In this document: piece by piece, positions 51,301 to 58,751 of the stretch
How the letters are laid out: each line of letters starts with the position of its first letter
How positions within the stretch are numbered: the stretch's first letter is position 1
Assembly (NCBI GenBank): GCA_964535805.1
Contig: CAZHUM010000005.1
Coordinates: forward strand, 1-58,768
DNA length: 58,768 bases
Direction of reading: 5' to 3'
From: an uncultured Thermoplasmata archaeon
GTDB lineage: Archaea > Thermoplasmatota > Thermoplasmata > Halarchaeoplasmatales > Halarchaeoplasmataceae
Translations under genes and position numbers: made by a program
The notes under the pieces: generated by a model
Told to the model about the DNA's origin: nothing
Database searches by the model: none
The model's input: only the letters and a program-made list of their open reading frames with translations

Positions 51301-51311
51301 TCTTTTTTCAT
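48306..51311 (-). CDS. hdrA: Large tandem HdrA-like flavoprotein (about 1000 aa, two FAD modules)
   Basis: GGGISG...LDKTFPTNDCSIC, CSRVCCMYATK; internal RIGVFVCHCG, CSPRTH, NIRNQCSWVH, GGGPAG; C-terminal 2[4Fe-4S]; start moved to ATG 51311. Confidence 0.93.
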   Translation of the reverse strand: MKKDVLIIGGGISGVQTALDLADKGYEVVLVDKSPSIGGNMVKLDKTFPTNDCSICISAPKMVETSRHPNIDLLTYSEVKEVIGSSGGFDVKVWKRTKYVDPDICTGCADCEESCPVEVPNEFDEELSSRKAIYVEYPQSVPLTYTIDYENCVGCGACERVCDAGAINFLESSQEIEIKVGSIVVATGYQMMEPDEWREEYGYGEYDNVLTAMEYERLLSASGPTGGKIMKPSDGKEPGSVAWIQCVGSRCKQKGMPYCSRVCCMYATKEASISKGENPDLDTYIYYMDLRAYGKDFQQYYDKAKEKGVNYIRGRPSRVYKTHDGKMAIEYENTEEGEVRTDCVDMVVLSSAIVPSQGNYKLADILDIELDENGFFKSKDLLTAPMDSTKDGIYLAGCAQSPKDIPDSVAQASGAAARALQPIKDRKRKGRPEKPEERDVTGEEPRIGVFVCHCGKNISKYVDVESVSEAVRDIPGVVYVDDTMFACSEDAQTIMKEAIEEHNLNRIVVSACSPRTHGELFKDTLEEAGLNRYLFEMANIRNQCSWVHSDDVEKATEKAKIITKMAVAKAKLLSALTEEEIEVGNRTLIIGGGPAGMQTGLSLANSGQRVTLVEREDKLGGKLNRLNTLFPSDIDSQEFIHNLEHQLRDNENVDILTSAEVEDVEGYIGNYAVTVNGEEIEVDTIVMATGFQEIEPDGFYGYKDSDRIMTQLELDEALADDALEDPENVVFINCVGAMEEDRPWCCRVGCGNSLKNAKAMKQRYPRSNVYIMYKDMRVFGKKEEEYYMDVSEEDGVIFLRYSTEKKPEVTIGDDSLNIKVYDNLLGEELEIDADYLVLAMQLEGDSSAGKLKKMLKISSDPAGFYMEAHAKLRPLEFPSEGVYLAGGAHYPKNVADTISQGEGAASKAAIPMMRGYTKSEGIISVVNEDICSGCKMCISVCPYGAIDHDEEEGIAVINKVLCKGCGSCASVCPTGAIDQKGFEEDMISAMIKAALMKDEVV

Positions 51312-51336
51312 GATGAGCCAACCATGTTTGATGGTT

Positions 51337-51560
51337 TTCCCCTCGCGGGGAATGTTGGAATAACAAGGGGGATATAATACCTTCGGTTTGCTTTCCAATA
51401 TTAATCCGGGGATTCCAACACTGCGGGGAGAACGTTGTTAGATATGTTATTTAATCTTTTTCTTTTTTATTGGAAATATACACAGATATAATTACAATGT
51501 AAAATTATATATTAACAATCATTAACCCCGGAATCAACACAGAAATTCTTTATATCCGAC
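51337..51560. promoter_or_regulatory. Divergent promoter region hdrA/fumA with repeated TRTTGGAA boxes
   Basis: TGTTGGAA 51353, TTCCAATA 51393, TTCCAACA 51413, TATTGGAA 51468; AT-rich TATA-like tracts. Confidence 0.55.
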
Positions 51561-51585
51561 CCCTTAATCCGCCGATGCTGATAAC

Positions 51586-52452
51586 ATGAATCAAGATGAG
51601 CTTGAAGATAAGCTTGTAGAAGCGATAAGATTGGCGGTTACAAGGACAACTCCCGAGACAGAGAAAGCGCTGAGAGATGCACTTAAGGAGGAAGAAGAAT
51701 CCGGACCCAAGGTGCAGCTGGAAGCCATATTGGAGAACATCGATGTTGGAAAGGAAGAGAGCAGACCGATATGCCAGGACACTGGGACCCCTACTTTCTT
51801 CGTCGAGGTGGGGGATGAGTTCGGGGAAATCGGAAAGTTAGAGGATATAATAACGAAAGCAGTGAGAAGGGCGACGGAAGAGGTCCCTCTGAGACCCAAT
51901 GCCATAGATCCTTTGGAAGACAAGAACAGCGGCGACAACACGGGTAGATCCATCCCGGCTGTACATTGGGAGATCGTCGAAGGCAGCGGAGTCAAGATAA
52001 CCGCCATGCCCAAGGGAGGCGGCAGCGAGAACATGAGTAAACTGGTCATGATGACTCCCGGAAGGGGATTGAAAGGTGTCAAAGAGATAGTGCTCGAGCA
52101 CGTGGCTGCCATGGCGGGCAAACCCTGTCCACCGACCACCTTGGCTGTCGGTATAGGAGGAGGAGCGGATCTAGCACTTGAATTGGCGAAGAAGGCACTT
52201 CTGAGACCCGTCGGCGAGCATCATCCAGAAGAAAAAGTTGCCCAACTCGAAAGGGAGCTGAAAGACAAGATCAACCAGCTCGGAGTCGGGCCCATGGGGA
52301 TCGGAGGTAAAACCACCGTCCTCGACGTCAAGATCGAGTACGCCCACAGACACCCGGCGTCCTTCCCTGTTGCCATAGTACCTCAGTGCTGGGCGAACAG
52401 ACAGGCGACGGTGATCGTAGATGCCCATGGCAACGTGGAGGTGGAACAATGA
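51586..52452 (+). CDS. fumA: Fe-S fumarate hydratase (class I) alpha subunit
   Basis: PICQDTG, PLRPN, KGGGSEN, PCPP, GPMGIGG, QCWA. Confidence 0.93.
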   Translation: MNQDELEDKLVEAIRLAVTRTTPETEKALRDALKEEEESGPKVQLEAILENIDVGKEESRPICQDTGTPTFFVEVGDEFGEIGKLEDIITKAVRRATEEVPLRPNAIDPLEDKNSGDNTGRSIPAVHWEIVEGSGVKITAMPKGGGSENMSKLVMMTPGRGLKGVKEIVLEHVAAMAGKPCPPTTLAVGIGGGADLALELAKKALLRPVGEHHPEEKVAQLERELKDKINQLGVGPMGIGGKTTVLDVKIEYAHRHPASFPVAIVPQCWANRQATVIVDAHGNVEVEQ

Positions 52453-53036
52453 AGAAAGTGATTACGACACCGATAGATCCTGAAGAGGTAAAGAAGCTGA
52501 AAGTGGGCGATGCGTTCTACATAACCGGCACGATATTCACCGCAAGAGATTCCGCTCACGAACTTTTCTTGGAGATGGACAAGGGAGAGGTTCCCTTCGA
52601 CCCGTCTAAGTACGCCATGTTCCACTGCGGTCCGGCGATACACAAGGTAGACGGAAAGTGGGAAGTGGTTTCTGCAGGACCAACCACCAGCATACGCATG
52701 GAGATATTCGAGGACGATTTCATCGAGAAGTTCGGCACCAAGATCATCATCGGTAAAGGCGGAATGGCGGATAGGACTTTGAAGGCACTTGGAAAGCATG
52801 GAGCCGTTTATGTACAGTACACCGGAGGAGCCGGGGCCCTGATGGCGAATGCGATCGAGGAAGTGGAAGACGTGTACTTCCTCGAAGAGCTCGGTATACC
52901 GGAAGCATTCTGGATGTTCAGAGTCAAAGAAGCCGGTCCATTCCTGGTGACCATGGACTCACACGGCAGCAGCATCCACGACGACGTGGACAAAGAAGTA
53001 CAGAAGAACTTAGAAAGGCTGAAGTCGGAACTTTAA
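52449..53036 (+). CDS. fumB: Fe-S fumarate hydratase beta subunit
   Basis: TARDSAH, HCGP, GPTTSIRM, IGKGG, MDSHG; ATGA overlap with the alpha subunit. Confidence 0.93.
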   Translation: MKKVITTPIDPEEVKKLKVGDAFYITGTIFTARDSAHELFLEMDKGEVPFDPSKYAMFHCGPAIHKVDGKWEVVSAGPTTSIRMEIFEDDFIEKFGTKIIIGKGGMADRTLKALGKHGAVYVQYTGGAGALMANAIEEVEDVYFLEELGIPEAFWMFRVKEAGPFLVTMDSHGSSIHDDVDKEVQKNLERLKSEL

Positions 53037-53063
53037 TAAAACCTCTTTTCTCTTTTTTTAATA

Positions 53064-53804
53064 ATGACCGAGATATCAGAGGATCTTGTAGAGGATATTT
53101 TAGATTCCAATCTAAGCACCGCTGTTACCGGAGCCGGCGTATCCGTAGAGAGCGACATCGCCCCATTCCGCGGGAAGAACGGTCTATGGAATGAATACGA
53201 TCCGAATGAGTACGCCCACGTGAGTGCATTCAACAGGGACCCGGAGAAATGCTGGGAACTTTTTAAAATCCAAATTGAGGAAGTTTTTGATGCCGAGCCG
53301 AATCCAGGTCATGTAGGTCTGGTGGAACTTGAAAAGTACGGACTCAAATCGGTGATCACACAGAACATAGACGGGCTCCATCAACGAGCCGGGAGTAGGG
53401 ATGTAATCGAACTGCACGGCACATTGTATGAGTTGGTCTGCACCGGTTGCGGTCAAGGCTACAAGACTGAGAGATATTTAAAAACTGTAAGAGAGGGCGA
53501 GGTTCCAAACTGTTCATGCGGTTCCCTGCTGAGGCCAGATGTGGTACTCTTCGGTGAACAGCTGCCCTTCGACGCGGTAGGACGGGCTGGGGAGGAAGTC
53601 GAGAACTGCGATATAATGTTCGTAGTTGGCACTTCAGCAATCGTGCAGCCCGCTGCCAGTTTACCCATTGTAGCCAAGTCACACGGGGCGAAGATCGTGG
53701 AGATCAACCTGGAAGAAACACCGCTTACTCATCATATCTCTGATTATTTTATTAAGGGCAAAGCTGGAGAAACACTACCAGATCTACTCTCCCGACTTCG
53801 GTGA
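53064..53804 (+). CDS. cobB: NAD-dependent protein deacylase (Sir2/CobB)
   Basis: TGAGVSVES, TQNIDGLHQRAG, LHG, CxxC...CxC, RPDVVLFGE, VGTS. Confidence 0.95.
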   Translation: MTEISEDLVEDILDSNLSTAVTGAGVSVESDIAPFRGKNGLWNEYDPNEYAHVSAFNRDPEKCWELFKIQIEEVFDAEPNPGHVGLVELEKYGLKSVITQNIDGLHQRAGSRDVIELHGTLYELVCTGCGQGYKTERYLKTVREGEVPNCSCGSLLRPDVVLFGEQLPFDAVGRAGEEVENCDIMFVVGTSAIVQPAASLPIVAKSHGAKIVEINLEETPLTHHISDYFIKGKAGETLPDLLSRLR

Positions 53805-54210
53805 TCAATCTTAAGATTTCAAGGTACTGAGGGTTTGAGTAGACAAGAGGTTCTACCAGGGGGGAGTAGTACGATGTTACGAGAACGGTGAGAAGAAGAG
53901 TGCTAGGATCATCATGGGTTACATGCGCGGAAGGAACGCGGGAAGGTAGTAAAACCGAAAAGAAGAAAATCGGTTAGGATAACACCTTTGTAGTATAGAG
54001 ATATACCTTTTACATTCCATTTACTAGGTTATAATTATGTAATATGTTCTAGTTAGCGGGTTTATAGTAGAATTTTTCTTCAAAGGATGTTTGGTCATAT
54101 CTTCCATTTTTCAGTATAATAGATCACCTTTCGATTTCTTCTATCTTCCTCTTAAATGTATTTCTGTTTTTACGAAAGATATATAAAACACAAAAGAAAT
54201 ATATCGAAAG

Positions 54211-54759
54211 ATGAAGAAAGCGGTAATGGTGTGTGCGTGGCTGATGGATCATGAAAAGACCACTCAAGCAGATATATCAAGGGAATTAGATATCTCTCTG
54301 AGCACTGTGAACAGAGCAGTTAAAAAACTGGAAAAGATGGGTGCGGTAGAAGTCTTCAGCAGGAGTTTAGAGACCAGAGATAAAGAGAAGATCCTGATGT
54401 ATATGGCGAGCATAAGAAATACGGAGAAAGATATCGTATATCGAACTAGGGTAAAAGAAAAGGTCAGGGACATAGAAAGGTCCATGCCGGGAGGTGTGGA
54501 ATTCACCGCATACACAGCGTACAAATTCCGATATGAAGACGTACCTGCAGACTATTCCGAAGTTTACGTATATGCAGACGAAGAAGCCATAGAAGAGATC
54601 AAGCGAAGGTTCCCGCAGGTAAAAGGTCCACCGAACCTTTTCGTTCTAAAAAAAGAGATAGGAGTGAACGATGCACTGATCTTCGCAGACCTGTGGAATA
54701 TGAAGGAATGGTATGCCAAAGAATTCACGAGGAAGATGCATGACAGAATATTGGAATGA
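54211..54759 (+). CDS. wHTH (MarR-like) protein with AbiEi-like C-terminus; putative antitoxin
   Basis: TQADISRELDISLSTVNRAVKKL HTH; overlaps the downstream NTase gene. Confidence 0.75.
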   Translation: MKKAVMVCAWLMDHEKTTQADISRELDISLSTVNRAVKKLEKMGAVEVFSRSLETRDKEKILMYMASIRNTEKDIVYRTRVKEKVRDIERSMPGGVEFTAYTAYKFRYEDVPADYSEVYVYADEEAIEEIKRRFPQVKGPPNLFVLKKEIGVNDALIFADLWNMKEWYAKEFTRKMHDRILE

Positions 54760-55354
54760 ATCACTGACCAAAGCGAGCTGGGAGAGCTTACAGACGTTTT
54801 CTAAAGAATACGACTTCATCCTTATCGGAGGATGGGCGGTATACCTTTGGACGAAGCAGCATAAATCCAAAGATATAGATATTGTGATCGATTTTGAAAC
54901 CTTAGGGGAGTTGAAGCAGGATTTCGATGTTACCAAAAACGATCGCTTGAAGAAATACGAGATCCAGAAGGATAAATTTGATGTTGATATCTATGTCAAA
55001 TATTATTCGGAACTCGGTTTTCCTTTGGAGGATATAGGAGTAACTGATATCGAAGGGTTCACCGTTCCCGTACTAGAGGATCTGATTATCTTAAAACAGA
55101 ATGCAGAGATCGATAGAAGGGGAAGCGTCAAAGGAAAGAAAGATGCCATCGATATCTTGTCCATGCTGATATACGGCGGTTTCGACCATGAAAAATACGT
55201 TTCGAAACTGGAAGTGTACGATCTCGATTTCGAGGAAGAGTTGATAAAGGTGGTCGAGGACTTCGATGCCAAGGATTCGAAATACCTTAAGATGGGGTTC
55301 AAAGAGTTCAAAGATTGGCAGAATGGATTCTTGGATGAGTTAGGTGTACGGTAA
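54740..55354 (+). CDS. Nucleotidyltransferase-fold protein (AbiEii-like putative toxin)
   Basis: ILIGGWAV, SKDIDIV, KKDAID motifs; start moved to ATG 54740. Confidence 0.75.
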   Translation: MTEYWNESLTKASWESLQTFSKEYDFILIGGWAVYLWTKQHKSKDIDIVIDFETLGELKQDFDVTKNDRLKKYEIQKDKFDVDIYVKYYSELGFPLEDIGVTDIEGFTVPVLEDLIILKQNAEIDRRGSVKGKKDAIDILSMLIYGGFDHEKYVSKLEVYDLDFEEELIKVVEDFDAKDSKYLKMGFKEFKDWQNGFLDELGVR

Positions 55355-55420
55355 GATATATCTATTGAGTTCTTGTCAAGACCATCTATTAGATAAAGGA
55401 GAAGATATGAACCCTTTGCT

Positions 55421-55483
55421 CCGAGATTATTTTATCCATATATATCTATACACAAGAGATAGGAGGAACAGAATTTGTTCGCT
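55421..55483 (+). repeat. Cassette-boundary repeat copy 1 (attC-like imperfect palindrome)
   Basis: CCGAGAT TATTT TATCCATAT A TATCT ATACACAAG AGATA GGAGGAACA GAATTT GTTCGCT. Confidence 0.85.
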
Positions 55484-55618
55484 GTGAGTAATAGTATCAA
55501 CCAGCCACGCTCCCACCGCATCCGAGCGAAGACGCTAGGCATGTGCGTCAAGGGCTCAACCGGACCACCTGCAAGCGTAAACGGTGGACTATTCACCTTT
55601 TCATCTCAGTTCAGATAT

Positions 55619-56113
55619 TCATGAAAATATTTTATTTCTGTCGATTTTCCGATTGTCCTTATCTTCAATTTTTGCTATCGCTTTCTTTGCCTCCTTTTTA
55701 TCGATGAATCCGTCCTTTAACATCCTCTTCAATATGGAGTCGAATGCAGTTATCTCAACTCCTTTTTCTTTGGCCACCTTTGCCGCGACTTTATCCATGG
55801 TGAAGAAGACAGCGTTTCTCCGTTTAGCAACAGCTATGGATTCTAGTTCCCCTTTACCTATCATGATCTGGTCGAACCATTTCCTGTAGAGTTCTTTTTC
55901 ATCTCTAGAAATATTGACTGTATCGATCTCTTTTTCCTGCAATATTTTGTTAGGAAACCTGTATCCGTAATCTAGAGGCCTCTCGAGTTCATCTTCAACT
56001 TTTGGAGTTATGATGATCCTACCGTCTGAATATAAATCTAAAATCTCGTTTACTAGTTCACCTTTTGCGAGTACCGATGCTGCGTCGGTATCAAGTACTA
56101 GAAGGTCATTCAT
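55619..56113 (-). CDS. vapC: PIN-domain (VapC-like) toxin
   Basis: LVLDTD, VEDEL, GKGELESIAVA, FFTMDK. Confidence 0.85.
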   Translation of the reverse strand: MNDLLVLDTDAASVLAKGELVNEILDLYSDGRIIITPKVEDELERPLDYGYRFPNKILQEKEIDTVNISRDEKELYRKWFDQIMIGKGELESIAVAKRRNAVFFTMDKVAAKVAKEKGVEITAFDSILKRMLKDGFIDKKEAKKAIAKIEDKDNRKIDRNKIFS

Positions 56114-56127
56114 GGGAATATCAACCT

Positions 56128-56427
56128 CTAGTCGTTCTGTTCCTCGCTGAGATAAGTCTTTACTGTGATCCCTCTATCTTTTAATTCCTGCTTAAAACTT
56201 TCCGAGTCGATCTCCGCTATCTCCGCCGCTCTCATCAGTGAGACCTTCCCCTCTTTATACAGTTCTATAGCTATACGTAATTTTTTCTCGGGATTTTTTC
56301 TCAGAAACGTTCTGAAGGCATCACGGATCACATCGCTTTTGGAACTATATTCACCAGTTTTTACTAGAGTGTTTATCTCGTTATTCATCAACTCAGGGAT
56401 GCTGATCGAAACACTTTTGCTTGGCAT
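56128..56427 (-). CDS. RHH + UPF0175 fusion antitoxin
   Basis: MPSKSVSISIP...GEYSSKSDVIRDA (RHH) then AIELYKEGKVSLMRAAEIA (UPF0175); start moved to ATG 56427. Confidence 0.85.
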   Translation of the reverse strand: MPSKSVSISIPELMNNEINTLVKTGEYSSKSDVIRDAFRTFLRKNPEKKLRIAIELYKEGKVSLMRAAEIAEIDSESFKQELKDRGITVKTYLSEEQND

Positions 56428-56513
56428 AAAATAATAAATATTGCTATCTATTATTAACTTTTTGGTTTGATAGAGGTGACAATAACGGTATCGAAAGCAG
56501 GCTGAAGTTAATG

Positions 56514-56577
56514 CCGAAACTATTTTATTCATCCGTATCTATACACCATGAGACAGGAGGAACAGGACTTGTTCGCC
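56514..56577 (+). repeat. Cassette-boundary repeat copy 2 (attC-like)
   Basis: CCGAAAC TATTT TATTCATCC G TATCT ATACACCATG AGACA GGAGGAACA GGACTT GTTCGCC, followed by GTTAGAC. Confidence 0.85.
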
Positions 56578-56703
56578 GTTAGACTAAGTATCAAACAGTC
56601 ACCCCCGCCCTACACTTCGAAGCCCGGCAAAACCCAAGATCCACTTTTTTAGGATATAAGATAGCGAAGGATATTTATATTGTCATAAAAATTGGATGGT
56701 GAT

Positions 56704-57369
56704 ATGAAGAGAGCGGAGATAATGGTAGAAGGAAAGGTACAGAGAGCCGGCTATAGAGATAACATCGATAAAGTCGCATACGAACATGGATTAACGGGAT
56801 ACGTTAAAAATCTGGAAGATGGGACAGTAAAAGTAGTTTGTGAAGGGGAGAAAGAAGAGATAGAAAATTTTTTGGAAGAGATCAATATCGATAAGTACCC
56901 GATCAAGGTCACTAACATCGATGTGGAATATTCTGAGGCTACTGGTGAATTTGAATATTTTGATATAGTACGAGAAGAGGATTTTACAAAAGCCGTGTAC
57001 GAAAGGATGGATATAGCTGCTGATTATCTTGGAAACATTTACGAGGAGACCAAAGAAGTTCATAAAGAGACAAAGAAGGTGCACGAGGAAACTAAGAAGG
57101 TGGGAGAGAAAGTGGACAAAGGTTTCAGTGATGTAAAGGAGGAATTGGGTGGGAAATTGGATAACATATCTGATAAACTAGATCGATCCATAACTCATAC
57201 AGAGGAATTTCATAATGAAACCGTCCAAAAATTCGATTATTTAGATGTAAAATATGGAGAATTCAGTACGACTTTGGATAAACTACTGAATAAATTTGAT
57301 ATTTTAGAAAATGATATAAGAGAGATGAAGGATGCATTCGTGAAGTTGGTCGACCATTATACAAAGTGA
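56704..57369 (+). CDS. Acylphosphatase domain fused to a long coiled coil
   Basis: GKVQRAGYR, GYVKNLEDGTV; heptad repeats ETKEVHK/ETKKVHE/ETKKVGE. Confidence 0.85.
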   Translation: MKRAEIMVEGKVQRAGYRDNIDKVAYEHGLTGYVKNLEDGTVKVVCEGEKEEIENFLEEINIDKYPIKVTNIDVEYSEATGEFEYFDIVREEDFTKAVYERMDIAADYLGNIYEETKEVHKETKKVHEETKKVGEKVDKGFSDVKEELGGKLDNISDKLDRSITHTEEFHNETVQKFDYLDVKYGEFSTTLDKLLNKFDILENDIREMKDAFVKLVDHYTK

Positions 57370-57389
57370 TCTAGGTATTGTAATCCTTT

Positions 57390-57453
57390 CCGAAATTATT
57401 TTATCCATACGTATCTAGATATGGTTAGATAGGAGGAATAGAACTTGTTCGCT
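57390..57453 (+). repeat. Cassette-boundary repeat copy 3 (attC-like)
   Basis: CCGAAAT TATTT TATCCATAC G TATCT AGATATGGTT AGATA GGAGGAATA GAACTT GTTCGCT, 20 nt after the acylphosphatase stop. Confidence 0.85.
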
Positions 57454-57696
57454 GTTCGACCACGGATAGGAAAATCATGCTTCCATCATCCCATTTCCCC
57501 CCTCACTTTCCCCAAAAAATAAATACCTTTCCCCACCCCAATATTATCCCCTTTGCAATATAACAAAACATCAAACGACTTTTACATATTTCAGGATTTT
57601 CTAGAAAAATTCTAAACATCGATGGGATTGCGAGGCATCGCAAGGTCTACGACCGAGCGAAAGGAGTAATTCGATTACTTCACAATTCCAGTAGAC

Positions 57697-57912
57697 GCAA
57701 AATACGTTTGATATTACACACTTCAGACAATCAACAAAAATCTCTTCTCTAACCCTCACCACCAAAACCAAACGAAAACGCTCTGCAAACGACGTTTGAC
57801 ACACGAATATATTTTGCAAAGGACGTTTAGTACTTAGCATGCGTCTGCAGAAAGACTCTCGTCCTTCTGAAGAAAGGAGGAATCTATTTGATTCCTGTGC
57901 GAAGAACGTTTG
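57697..57912. repeat. Four copies of the palindromic motif GCRAANNACGTTTR in non-coding DNA
   Basis: 57697 GCAAAATACGTTTG, 57785 GCAAACGACGTTTG, 57816 GCAAAGGACGTTTA, 57899 GCGAAGAACGTTTG. Confidence 0.6.
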
Positions 57913-58055
57913 GTGAGCAGGGTTTGAAAAAACAAACATTTGTAGATCATTGACTATTTTGATTACAAATCGTATTAATAAAAGAATATATGAAGTCAAA
58001 AGTTATCTAAAAAAGTTTTTATATCTAAAATATATTGTATATATTGGTGTTCAAA

Positions 58056-58331
58056 ATGGAAGTATCGATTACAAAAATGTCACCCAATGGGCAGATAGTG
58101 ATATCTTCTGATATCCGCAAAGCACTGGGTCTCTCACCAGGAGATAAATTTCTAGTGATCGGAGAAGAGAGCGGTATCTTGCTTAGAAGTCTAAAGAAAG
58201 AAGATATAAAGCAGGAGATAGAACAACTCCTTATCGAAATAGGCGAAGAGATGGAAAAAGGAGATGTCACAAAAGAGGATGTCAAGAAAGAGATAAAAAA
58301 TTATAGGAAGGACAAGAGGAAAGTAGCATGA
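58056..58331 (+). CDS. AbrB/MazE/SpoVT-family antitoxin
   Basis: TKMSPNGQIVISSDIRKALGLSPGDKF; 4-nt overlap with the PIN gene. Confidence 0.9.
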   Translation: MEVSITKMSPNGQIVISSDIRKALGLSPGDKFLVIGEESGILLRSLKKEDIKQEIEQLLIEIGEEMEKGDVTKEDVKKEIKNYRKDKRKVA

Positions 58332-58735
58332 AGGTTGTATTCGACACTAACATACTTATATCTGGTATGGGTTGGTCTGGTAGGGAGAGAAAACTCCTTC
58401 TTCTAGCTGTATCAGAAGAATATGAACTAGTAATTTCGGACAAAATACTCAAAGAGTTGGTGGGAGTTCTACAAAGGGAAAAATTCAGTCACTTGGATTC
58501 GAAAAAGATATTCAGGTTCCTAGATTTATTAACCAGAGTTACCACTGTGGTGATACCAGATGACCACTACGAAATTATCAAGGAGGACCCAGATGATAAT
58601 ATGGTCATTGACTGCGCTTTGGAAGCAAAGGCAGAATATATCGTGTCTGGAGACCACCATCTTTTAGATTTGAAAGAATTCAAAGGTGTACAGATCGTTG
58701 ATTCTGCCACATTTGAAAAAATATTGAAAGAATAG
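58328..58735 (+). CDS. vapC: PIN-domain toxin (TIGR00305-like)
   Basis: VVFDTNILISG, DPDDNMVIDCA, IVSGDHHLL. Confidence 0.92.
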   Translation: MKVVFDTNILISGMGWSGRERKLLLLAVSEEYELVISDKILKELVGVLQREKFSHLDSKKIFRFLDLLTRVTTVVIPDDHYEIIKEDPDDNMVIDCALEAKAEYIVSGDHHLLDLKEFKGVQIVDSATFEKILKE

Positions 58736-58751
58736 ACTGTTTGTTCTCTCT

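Noticed and set aside
45454-51311. Selenocysteine in MvhA, MvhD or HdrA
   Set aside because: The positions known to carry Sec in Methanococcales are Cys here and the ORFs have no in-frame TGA
57601-57999. 132-aa minus-strand ORF
   Set aside because: Atypical composition, TTG start and no motif; the region is better explained as structured non-coding DNA
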